Notes under the pieces: generated by a model
Databases searched by the model: none
What the model saw: the letters and a program-made list of their open reading frames with translations, nothing else
Told to the model about the DNA's origin: nothing
Part shown: piece by piece, positions 35,041 through 45,500 of the stretch
Layout: the number at the start of each line of letters is the position of its first letter
Position numbering within the stretch: the stretch's first letter is position 1
Made by a program: the position numbers and the translations under genes
Source: Macrostomum lignano
Taxonomy: Eukaryota
Direction of reading: 5' to 3'
NCBI GenBank assembly: GCA_002269645.1
Contig: NIVC01001924.1
Coordinates: 157,293-221,292 of the forward strand
Length of the DNA stretch: 64,000 bases

Positions 35041-36644
35041 TGTTACACTTTAGACTATCCGGGGTTTTTTGTCTGGCCCGGATATCCGAACGCACTTACG
35101 ATATCCGCCCGGATACTGCCAAGCAAAAAAACCTGCTTTGTTTTCTCCTTCCCGGATATCTTGAGCTGCTCTGCATTGTCCGGGCACTTTGAGATGTCTC
35201 TCAGTAGGAGATGAACATCATTCAACTTGGTGTCCCAGTCGGTTGGCTCTTCGGAATCACTGAGCTTCCTCAGGAGGTCAATGCAAGTTTGATTGAGTCG
35301 CTCGGTTTGACCGTTTGTCTGTGGATTCGAATAATGTATGTGCGTGAGTAGAATTCAAGAAAACAGCAACAGCTTATATGCGATAAAAAGAGACTTACCT
35401 GCGGGTGGTAGACACTAGTTACTCTTTTTTCCGTCCCACCGGATTGTAGAAGAGCATCTACAACAGAGTTGCAAAACTCTCTCCCCTGATCGCTGAGAAT
35501 CACCCTAGGCCAACCACCGAAAAGCCCAAAAATGTCCCTCAGTTCGGCAGCGATCGTCTGAGCTTGAATGTTTGGTAACGCGCGGAAAATGGCAAATTTT
35601 GTAAATTTGCAGCACACAGTTAGGACATACTTTGAGCCTTAAATTAGATTATATTGGAGCAATATTTCATTAGAGTAATTGATTAATTTTAGTTTATGCT
35701 AATGAATAATTTGTAACTTGATAGACCTACCGTTGGGCGTGGTGGTCGGCATTGTGATGCAATCCATGCACAGGAATGCAAAGAGGCGCTCTGAATTAGA
35801 AGGTACTTCAACCGGGTAAAGCTCCCTCTGCTTTGAGGTAAACTTTTTGTTGACCAGCTCGCACCTGTCACAAGACTCGACCACTGCCTTGGCAATCGGT
35901 GTGACGGGGAGGTCAGCATAGTATCGTGCAGTAAAAAGGCTCACTGTGCTGTTGACACCCACGTGACTTCCTTGCGAGTGAAGGCTGCGGATCTTATCCC
36001 GTACCTCTTCCTCTGTGAAAAGTACTCTGCGATGGTCTTCAGGCCGCATTCGCTGACTGTCGTCCTTATTAGTCACCCTGTAGTAAAGCGCTCCGTCATG
36101 GATGGAGAAACGCTTGCTCTTTTCTCTAATACGTCTTTTTAAGTTGGCCTTATCTTTGGCGTCCAATCTGGCTGGTACCTGCGTATGTTCATTGTTTAGG
36201 ACGTAGAAAAATATTTGATTGAGCGAAGCCATCAAGCTTTGAAATGCAGAAATCGACGAAAATCACACAGCACAAACCTTTCTTATCATCTGCCCAATAT
36301 GAATTTTTACAGCGCTTCCCGCCACCCATAAAATATGAGTACAAAGCTGATCTCCAAAATGTGCAAAGCCTATTGAAAGTTATGCAAGACTGCTCACACT
36401 TTGGGGTGCCAATCTCGATGTACATAGAAGTAGCTATAACTTTCATATAGAAAAGAACCGCGGAGATCCTAACACTGCGGAGACCTGTAACTCTATCTTA
36501 TGTTATGGTTTCCGATCTCCGTGTGGGCGATCTTAAAATGACACAATTTTCAGTTTGTGATCTCCGGGCCGGAGACCCTAAAACGCGGAGATCCTAAACT
36601 CTAACACCGGAGATCTTTAACTCCGGAGAACAGAAACCCTAACA
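35041..36644 (-). mobile_element. Ginger1-like DNA transposon (TGTTA...TAACA, CCGG target duplication)
   Basis: CCGG at 35037-35040 and 36645-36648; termini TGTTA.../...TAACA with degenerate TIRs (TGTTA---TTT----T-TCCGG-G at both ends); CCGGA-type subterminal motifs; encodes an integrase-type transposase with no RT. Confidence 0.75.
35055..36232 (-). CDS. Gypsy-integrase-like (Ginger/GIN) DDE transposase; exons 36232-35731, 35637-35399, 35318 to about 35055
   Basis: HHCC zinc motif (LHSQGSHVG...CDRC), FLCMD, ILSDQGREF and YHPQ|TNGQTERLN, joined across 93- and 80-bp GT-AG introns. The C-terminus may be truncated or spliced further. Confidence 0.82.
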
Positions 36645-36744
36645 CCGGCCATTCACACAACCCAAAGCCAACGCCAATTTCAGTAGGTAAAGGGCGTGTG
36701 TGGCCCATCAAAAACAGTACACGCGTACACGTTATGTACTACGA

Positions 36745-37320
36745 TTTTGTGCCGAGGCGCTGACGGACAGGCGACAGAGCTTCCGCGTTGTCAGCAGTTC
36801 GTCTACCTCGGCGGTCTGGTTCCCGGATTTGCGGTGTTGCCGCGGGCTTGCCTGGGCTGCCTTTCATTCTGTGAAGGCAGTCATGCAGTCCGAGGCCTTA
36901 CCTGACCGCCAGAGGGCGGCGTTATTTCAGGCGGTGATCGAGACCGTCCTGCTGTACAACGCCGAGACCTGGACGGTGACGGAGTCGCTCGAGCAACAAG
37001 TTGACGCGGCGCACGCTGGCCTGCTGTTCGCCGCCTTCAAGATCGGCTACGATCGAGCGAGTGACCAACGCGGCTTTGTATCACCGCGCCGGCCTGGTCC
37101 GTCCAAGCGACCTGTTGCGCCATCGGCGACTCCAGCTGGCAGGCCACATCATCCGCGCCGAGTAGTACTGCCCAGAGCCGGTGCAGGAGGTGCAGCTGCT
37201 AACGCTGCAGGCACCATACCGTTCCCCATCTACGGTTGCGTATTCCCAAGCAGCCCGAGTCTGTGGCCTGGCTGAATGTCTATGGCGTCCCGTTTTGATT
37301 GTCCAAATTCCCATTTAGAT
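36745..37320 (+). mobile_element. 5'-truncated, frameshifted RTE-like non-LTR retrotransposon fragment
   Basis: FVYLGG...LAWAAF...VIETVLLYNAETWT...RRLQLAGHIIR resembles the RT C-terminal region of RTE-clade LINEs. Confidence 0.65.
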
Positions 37321-37497
37321 CGTCAAAAGCGATACTACACTACTGGATTAAGAAGGTAACTGATTAGGTATATATGCAGGACTACTCAATAACTAGGGAC
37401 GGGAAAGGTTGGAGACCGATCTATTAATAACTTAGTCCTCGATTAGCATTATTTGGATAGGTTTCTACCACAGACGCTGTCACTGACTACAAGGTAG

Positions 37498-37660
37498 TAC
37501 CTCAGCGTCTCCGCCCACTACCTCAGCATCTCCGCCCACTACCTCATCATCTCCGCCCACTACCTCATCATCTCTGCCCACTACCACAGCATCTCCGCCG
37601 ACTATCTCACCATCTCCACTCACTATCTCATCATCTCCACCCACTACCTTATCATCTCTG
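37498..37660. repeat. 21-bp minisatellite (right part, degenerating)
   Basis: Same unit as 33900-34419. Confidence 0.9.
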
Positions 37661-37929
37661 CTCTATCATTCAGTTTCTCTGGACCTGTGGGTGGGTGCTT
37701 TTACCATAAATCAGTTTGAGTACGGCAGAGCACAGACTCTAATCAGTTTAACATGGCTAAACAGGATGAGGCGATCGCACAGGTCGCAGTCCATCCAATG
37801 CAAGCAGATCAAAGCAATTAAATTTGAAATTTGAAATCATTGAATTTATTTTTGGTTATAAAGAAGTTTAAATTTAACCACGCGCAAGAACACAAAAATT
37901 ATATAACTTAGCGACACGTATAAAGTATA

Positions 37930-38895
37930 CTTCGGGTGTGTCATAAGTGATGTCACTGCAGGCCTCTGTCTAAAATATGTAGGCACATGGACTTGTGGGT
38001 AGTGTAGCTGCAAAGTATACTTAGTGAAGCAATAGCAGTGCATTTGAGACGTACATAGGTTGTTTATGGCCCAAGCTATCGCAAGAATACGCCAAGCAGA
38101 TTTAGCAAGTGCAACGCGATGAAAACTCGTCTATGCAGCGAACAAAAATAACCATGAATCTCGACAAGACGCCTGCACCTAGCAGATCCGCAAGGTGTTC
38201 AGCAGCCGGGGCTTGAATGACATCCTAAACTGCCTGGTTGCTGAGGATGAAAGCTGGCTCCACCTGGATGGCAAGGGCAGCAAGGCAGACAATCGCTGCT
38301 GGCTGGGAGCTGGGGTCTGCTGCCGACCGTGACCACGAGGTCCGTCTCGGACAAGAAGACCATGCTGCTGGTGGCCTTTACGCCAAACAAAGATGTCTCA
38401 TCGAGGGTCAAACGTCAAGTTCGATTGTCAGTAGTTTTTATCCGCTTTTGCCCGGCACACTGGGGTCCTTTGGCGCACTCTTCGGTCAAATCCATGTCTC
38501 CTGGACGAGGTTCTGTGGCAGGTGGACACCGCACGGTCGCACACCTGTAAGCCTGTTTCGGATTTTCTACCTGCACGGCGAGTGAATCTGCTCTGACAGA
38601 GTCCCTACAGCCCGGACCTCAACTTGTGCGACAGATTTCTGTTCAAATGGCTGAAGGCTGACTTTTCCAAGAAGATTTTCGCAAATCATGAAGAGGTCAA
38701 ACAGGCCGCGTTGCACTGGTTATGGCTGTTGGATTAAAAACACCTGAAGGCTGAGGTGGACAAGCTGTATGAGCACTGCCAGAGAGTGATTGATATTGGG
38801 GGACTCTATATTGTTGAGTGGTACAGTTTTGTTTATCTGCGATTGCAAGTTCGTCTGTTTTCACATCAGTGACATAACTTTTGACACACCCGAAG
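37930..38895 (+). mobile_element. Decayed mariner (Tc1/mariner) element, 966 bp
   Basis: 29-bp TIRs CTTCGGGTGTGTCA(T/A)AAGT(G/T)ATGTCACTG with 2 mismatches; TA on both flanks; remnants DESWLHLD, PYSPDLNLCDRFLF, KLYEHCQRVIDIGGLY; stops and frameshifts. Confidence 0.9.
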
Positions 38896-39506
38896 TAGTA
38901 CTAACTAACAGTAGGCTAAATGAATGTTGCAACTATTTTTTATTTTAACATAGAAGATTACACACTTTTTATAAACTGTCCACACAGAAACTCACGTATT
39001 ATTAACAGGAAAAAGCATGCAGCTTTGAAAAGCAATGATCTGGATGGGGGCTAGCCGAAGGGATTTAATAAACATTAACAAATGATTACTGAATAAACAT
39101 ACAACTACAAGGGGAGTCGCTTATTTACTCAAGCATCCCGCCAGTTTTCAAAGGGATCTTTTCTGCCTAAGTAGGTTGTTTTTAAAAATAATTCAAGAAG
39201 TTTTCTACGCACCATATCGGTACATAATCACCCTTATTTATAGAGCTCTTCACCCTAGCTTATTGAATTAAACTATCTTATCAGTGGGTTATTCTCTCAT
39301 TTAGATATTTGATCCATATTTAGTTATTTACGCTACATATCGGTGGATAAGCCCAGTTGCTTGTCAAACTGAGTCCTGGTAGCTAGCCTATACGGAGATT
39401 ATCACCTTGCCTTTGTATTTTTAGTAAGAGAGGTGATATTTATAGTACGGACAATTCTTAATTTAAAAAGTTGTTTACGCAACATATCGGCAACATACAC
39501 CAGTTG

Positions 39507-42500
39507 CTATTCGTCAAACTCCTGATACCTGGCCATCATAGAGCTCTTCACTTTGTCCATGTAGCTGCCGGACACCGCCGCGGAGCCCACCGTGCCGGTG
39601 CTGGCCGAGGCCACGCCCAGACCTACGCCCGGGCGTCGAACCTCGGCCTCCACCGGGGCCACCCGGCCCTGGCCAAGCCGCCCGAGGCCCTGGCCTTCGC
39701 GCCAGCCGCCCATCTTTTCTAGCAGCTTCTTGCCTACGCCTCCGCTGTCCTCTGCCGCTGGCTGTGGCGGCTGCTGCTGCGGCTGCTGCTGAGGCTGCGG
39801 AGGCTGCGGTATTGATGAAGCCGCTGCCTGATGCCTCTGCTGCTGCTGCTCCTGAGGCGGCCGACGCCGCCCCGTGGCTGGCGGAGGCGGCAGGCCGTAC
39901 TTTTCCCGGCGCTCCTTGGCTCGGTCCCGGTATTCGTAGCTCATGCCGCCGCCGGAGCCGGGCAGGTCCATGAGCTGCTGCTGCTGCAATGGCGGCAGGC
40001 CTAGGCGCTCGCTGAGCTGCTCCAAGTTGGTCCTGTGCAGCTGAGACAGCTCCTTGTGCTTGCGGAGGGCCTCCTCGCTCTGCGGGGCGGCGAGGTTGAG
40101 GGGATCGAGTGGGGCTGGAAATACTCGGTACCTGCTCCCCCCCCCCCTCCCACGATGCTTCAGTGGGCGCCTCCCCCTTCCCGACGCTTCAGTGGCGCCT
40201 CCTCCCCCCGATGCTTCAGTGGGCGCCTCCCCCTTCCCGATGCTTCAGTGGCGCCTCCTCCCCCCGATGCTTCAGTGGCGCCTCCTCCCCCCCATGCTTC
40301 AGTGGCGCCTCCTCCCCCCCCCCAGATGCTTCAGTGGGCGCCTCCTCCTCCCCGATGCTTCAGTGGCGCCTCCTCCTCCCCGATGCTTCAGTGGGCGCCT
40401 CCTCCCCTCCGATGCTTCAGTGGGCGCCTCCTCCTCCCCGATGCCTCAGTGGGCGCCTCCTCCTCCCCGATGCTTCAGTAGCGCCTCCTCCTCCCCGATG
40501 CCTCAGTGGGCGCCTCCTCCTCCCCGATGCTTCAGTGGGCGCCTCCTCCCCTCCGATGCTTCAGTGGGCGCCTCCTCCTCCCCGATGCCTCAGTGGGCGC
40601 CTCCTCCTCCCGATGCTTCAGTAGCGCCTCCTCCTCCCCGATGCTTCAGTGGGCGCCTCCTCCTCCCCGATGCCTCAGTGGGCGCCTCCTCCTTCCCGAT
40701 GTTTCAGTGGCGCCTCCTCCCCGATGCCTCAGTGGGCGCCTCCTCCTCCTAGATGCTTCAGTGGTCGCCTCCTCCCCGATGCTTCAGTGGGCGCCTCCTC
40801 CCCGATGCCTCAGTGGGCGCCTCCTCCTCCCCGATGCTTCAGTGGGCGCCTCCTCCTCCTCCTCCCCGATACTTCAGTGGGCGCCTCCTCCCAGATGCTT
40901 CAGTGGCGCCTCCTCCTCCTCCCCGATGCCTCAGTGGCGCCTCCTCCCCGATGCTTCAGTGAGCGCCTCCTCCCAGATGCTTCAGTGAGCGCCTCCTCCT
41001 CCCAAATGCTTCAGTGAGCGCCTCCTCCTTCCAAATGCTTCAGTGAGCGCCTCCTCCTCCCAAATGCTTCAGTGGCGCCTCCTCCTCCTCCCAGATGCTT
41101 CAGTGGGCGCCTCCTCCTCCTCCCCGATGCTTCAGTGGCGCCTCCTCCTCCTCCCCGATGCTTTAGTGGCGCCTCCTCCTCCCCGATGCTTTAGTGAGCG
41201 CCTCCTCCCGATGATTCAGTGAGAGCCTCCTCCTCCCAGATGCTTCAGTGGGCGCCTCCTCCCAGATGCTTCAGTGGGCGCCTCCTCCCAGATGCTTCAG
41301 TGGGAACCTCCTCCCAGATGCTTCAGTGGGAACCTCCTCCCAGATGCTTCAGTGGGAACCTCCTCCTCCCAGATGCTTCAGTGGTAGCCTCCTCCCAGAT
41401 GCTTCAGTGGTAGCCTCCTCCCAGATGCTTCAGTGGGAACCTCCTCCCAGATGCTTCAGTGGGCGCCTCCTCCCAGATGCTTCAGTGGGAACCTCCTCCC
41501 AGATGCTTCAGTGGGCGCCTCCTCCCAGATGCTTCAGTGGTAGCCTCCTCCCAGATGCTTCAGTGGGAACCTCCTCCCTGATGCTTCAGTGGGAACCTCC
41601 TCCAAGATGCTTTAATGGGCGCCTCCTCCCAGATGCTTCAGTGGCGCCTCCTCCTCCCCGATGCTTCAGTGGCGCCTCCTCCTCCTCCCAAATGCTTCAG
41701 TGGCGCCTCCTCCTCCTCCCAGATGCTTCAGTGGGCGCCTCCTCCTCCTCCCCGATGCTTCAGTGGCGCCTCCTCCTCCTCCCCGATGCTTTAGTGGCGC
41801 CTCCTCCTCCCCGATGCTTTAGTGAGCGCCTCCTCCCGATGATTCAGTGAGAGCCTCCTCCTCCCAGATGCTTCAGTGGGCGCCTCCTCCCAGATGCTTC
41901 AGTGGGCGCCTCCTCCCAGATGCTTCAGTGGGAACCTCCTCCCAGATGCTTCAGTGGGAACCTCCTCCCAGATGCTTCAGTGGGAACCTCCTCCTCCCAG
42001 ATGCTTCAGTGGTAGCCTCCTCCCAGATGCTTCAGTGGGAACCTCCTCCCAGATGCTTCAGTGGGAACCTCCTCCCAGATGCTTCAGTGGGAACCTCCTC
42101 CCAGATGCTTCAGTGGGCGCCTCCTCCCAGATGCTTCAGTGGGCGCCTCCTCCCAGATGCTTCAGTGGGAACCTCCTCCCAGATGCTTCAGTGGGAACCT
42201 CCTCCCAGATGCTTCAGTGGGAACCTCCTCCTCCCAGATGCTTCAGTGGTAGCCTCCTCCCAGATGCTTCAGTGGTAGCCTCCTCCCAGATGCTTCAGTG
42301 GTAGCCTCCTCCCAGATGCTTCAGTGGGAACCTCCTCCCAGATGCTTCAGTGGGAACCTCCTCCCAGATGCTTCAGTGGGCGCCTCCTCCCAGATGCTTC
42401 AGTGGGAACCTCCTCCCAGATGCTTCAGTGGGAACCTCCTCCTAGATGCTTCAGTGGGCGCCTCCTCCCAGATGCTTCAGTGGGAACCTCCTCCTCCCAG

Positions 42501-45500
42501 ATGCTTCAGTGGTAGCCTCCTCCCAGATGCTTCAGTGGTAGCCTCCTCCCAGATGCTTCAGTGGTAGCCTCCTCCCAGATGCTTCAGTGGGAACCTCCTC
42601 CCAGATGCTTCAGTGGGAACCTCCTCCCAGATGCTTCAGTGGGCGCCTCCTCCTCCCCCGATGCTTCAGTGGGCGCCTCCTCCTTCCCCGATGCTTCAGT
42701 GGGCGCCTCCCCCATGCGTCAGCGATCCCCGCAAACCAACCTGGAAGCCGCGCTGGCACAGCAGGCAGGCCAGCCGAGTCCAATCCAAGAGTTTCTCCTC
42801 TTCCTCCTCAAGTGAGGCGGCTGCCACGGCTGACAGCACAGGCGGCGCTATGGCAGGAGCCGCGGCTGGAGCGGCAGCAGCAGAAGAACTGGACTGCTTA
42901 GCCGCAGTAGAAGACATCTGGGTTAGCATAGCAAAAGCAGTATCGGCCGCTCCGCTCTGCTGCTGCTGTTGTTGCAGAATCTGCTGCTCCATAGCGGCTG
43001 GCATTGCCTGCTGTTTGGACTTGTTCTTCTGCTTATTTACCATCCGGGCCCAGCGCTCCATGTCTTTCTGAATTGATGACGCCTTGCCAAAGGGCTCGCT
43101 GGCTACAGCGGATGCTGAAGTCTGCTGCTTTGACGGCTTCGCTTCTTTAGAATTTGATGCGTCTTTTTTATTGCCGTCCTGTTGCTGCTCCTGCAGTTGC
43201 TTCTGTAACTCATTTGCGTCTCTATAGCAACCGGCTTCGGAGTCCCAGTACAGGTAGCCGCTTCTGCTCGGGTCGAAGAAGTACTGAGTATTGGCGTCGT
43301 AGTACAGACCAGTGTCGGAGTCGTAGTAGTAACCCGAGGTGGGCTCCTTCACTAACTTGCTGGTGTCCGGCGCCTGGCAGGGCTGGTTGAGCACGGGCGG
43401 CTGCGGCTGCCTGCCGGTAGCGGTTTTGGGGGCATTCCGAGCGTGACTGAGGTTCTCGTTGAAATTCCTTATTTCAGATTCCCTAGTTGAAATTCCTTAT
43501 TTCAGATTTCTTTAGTTGAAATTCCCTCATTTCAGATTCCCTAGTCGAAATTCCCTCATTTCAGATTCCCTAGTTGAAATTTCCTCATTTCAGATTCCCT
43601 AGTTGAAATTCCTTATTTCAGATTCCCTAGTTGAAATTCCCTCATTTCAGATTCCCTAGTCGAAATTCCCTCATTTCAGATTCCCTAGTTGAAATTTCCT
43701 CATTTCAGATTCCCTAGTTGAAATTCCTTATTTCAGATTCCCTAGTTGAAATTCTCTCATTTCAGATTCCCTAGTTGAAATTCCATCATTTCAGATTATC
43801 TAATTGAAATTTCCAAATTTAGATTCTTTGAAATTCCCTCCTTTCAAATTCCTAAATGGAAATTCCTTCCTTTCAGATTCTTTAATTGAAATTCCCTCAT
43901 TTAGATTCCCTAAGTGAAATTCCCTCATTAAGATTCCCTAATTGAAATTCCCTCATTTAGATTCCCTAGTTGAAATTCCTCATTAAGATTCCCTAGTTGA
44001 ATTTCTCTCATTTTAGATTCCCTAAATAAGGGAATGAGGGAACTAAAATTCTCTCATAAGGTTCTCTTAACTGAAATTCCCTCATAAGATTCTCTAACTG
44101 AAATTCCCTCATAAGATTCTCCATTGAAATTCCCTCATTTGGATTCCCAGACTAAAATTTCCATATTGATTCTCATTATTCAATAAAAGCAACCTATTCA
44201 CAATCGCTCACTTAGGCTGAGGCTTGGCTTCAGCAGCGGTGGCTGGCGGTTGCTGCAGTTGCTGCTGCTGTTGCATCTGCAGTTGTTGCAACTGCTGCAG
44301 CTGCAGCTGCTGTCGCTGATGCTGTTGAATGTGCGCCATGAGTTGCAGATGTTGAACAGCCTGCTGCTGCTGTTGCTGCTGATGCAGCGCCTGGTGATGC
44401 GCCTGCAGCAGATGGTGCGACGGCACGGCGCTCATGGCGGCAAGGAGGCCGGGAGCTGCGCTGGTGAGCAGCAGGGAGGTCGGCGTGGTGGCCAGGCTCA
44501 TCAGCGGGACGCCGACAGCGGCAACTGCGGCGGCGGAGGCGGCTGAAGCGGCAGCGACGCAGGCGGCGACGGCGGCTGCTGAGGAGGAATCAGTCGTCGA
44601 AATTGTGGTCGACGGCTGCGGCGGAGCGACAATTGTCGAGGAGGAGGCTCCAGCAGCGGCTGCTGCTGCAACGGCAGCGGCTGCGGCGGCTGCTGCTGCA
44701 GAATCACCCATGATGGTCTTGTAGGTGTGCCTGGGAGGTGGTTGCGTGGGATCACGGGTGCTCATTGGGGATCACAGATGCTCAATGGGGATCACAGATG
44801 CTCAGTGGGAATCACGGGTGCTCAGTGGGGATCACGGGTGTTCAGTGGGGATCATGAGTGATCAGTGGGAATCACGGGTGCTCAGAGGGGATCATAGATG
44901 CTCAGTGGGGGGATCACGGGTGCTCAGAGGGGATCACGGGTGCTTAGCGGGGATCACAAGTGCTCAGTGGGGATCACGGGTGCTCATTGAGGATCAAGAG
45001 TGCTCATTGAAGATCACGAGTGCTCAGTGGGGATCACGGGTGCTCAGTGGGGATCACGGGTGTTCAGTGGGGATCACGGGTGCTCAGAGGGGATCACGGG
45101 TGCTTAGCGGGGATCACAAGTGCTCAGTGGGGATCACGGGTGCTCATTGAGGATCAAGGGTGCTCATTGAAGATCACGAGTGCTCAGTGGGGATCACGGG
45201 TGCTCAGTGGGGATCACGGGTGTTCAGTGGGGATCACGGGTGCTTAGCGGGGATCACAAGTGCTCAGTGGGGATCACGGGTGCTCAGAGGGGATCACAAG
45301 TGCTCAGTGGGGATCACGGGTGCTCATTGAGGATCAAGGGTGCTCATTGAAGATCACGAGTGCTCAGTGGGGATCACGGGTGCTCAGTGGGGATCACGGG
45401 TGTTCAGTGGGGATCACGGGTGCTTAGCGGGGATCACAAGTGCTCAGTGGGGATCACGGGTGCTCAGAGGGGATCACAGATGCTCAGCGGGAATCACGGG

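Noticed and set aside
35050-35130. YPGF-containing frame as the missing cpo RRM2 exon
   Set aside because: Wrong phase after the nearest AG, no RNP1 motif, and it lies in the Ginger element terminus.
37674-37720. Short AG-preceded frame SFSGPVGGCFYHKSV* as cpo terminal exon
   Set aside because: Phase-compatible but has no similarity to RRM2; cannot be supported without transcripts.
44208-44765. Poly-Ala/poly-Gln ORFs on both strands as separate genes
   Set aside because: Explained by one low-complexity RBM5/10 exon (44730-44212) and its antisense shadow.
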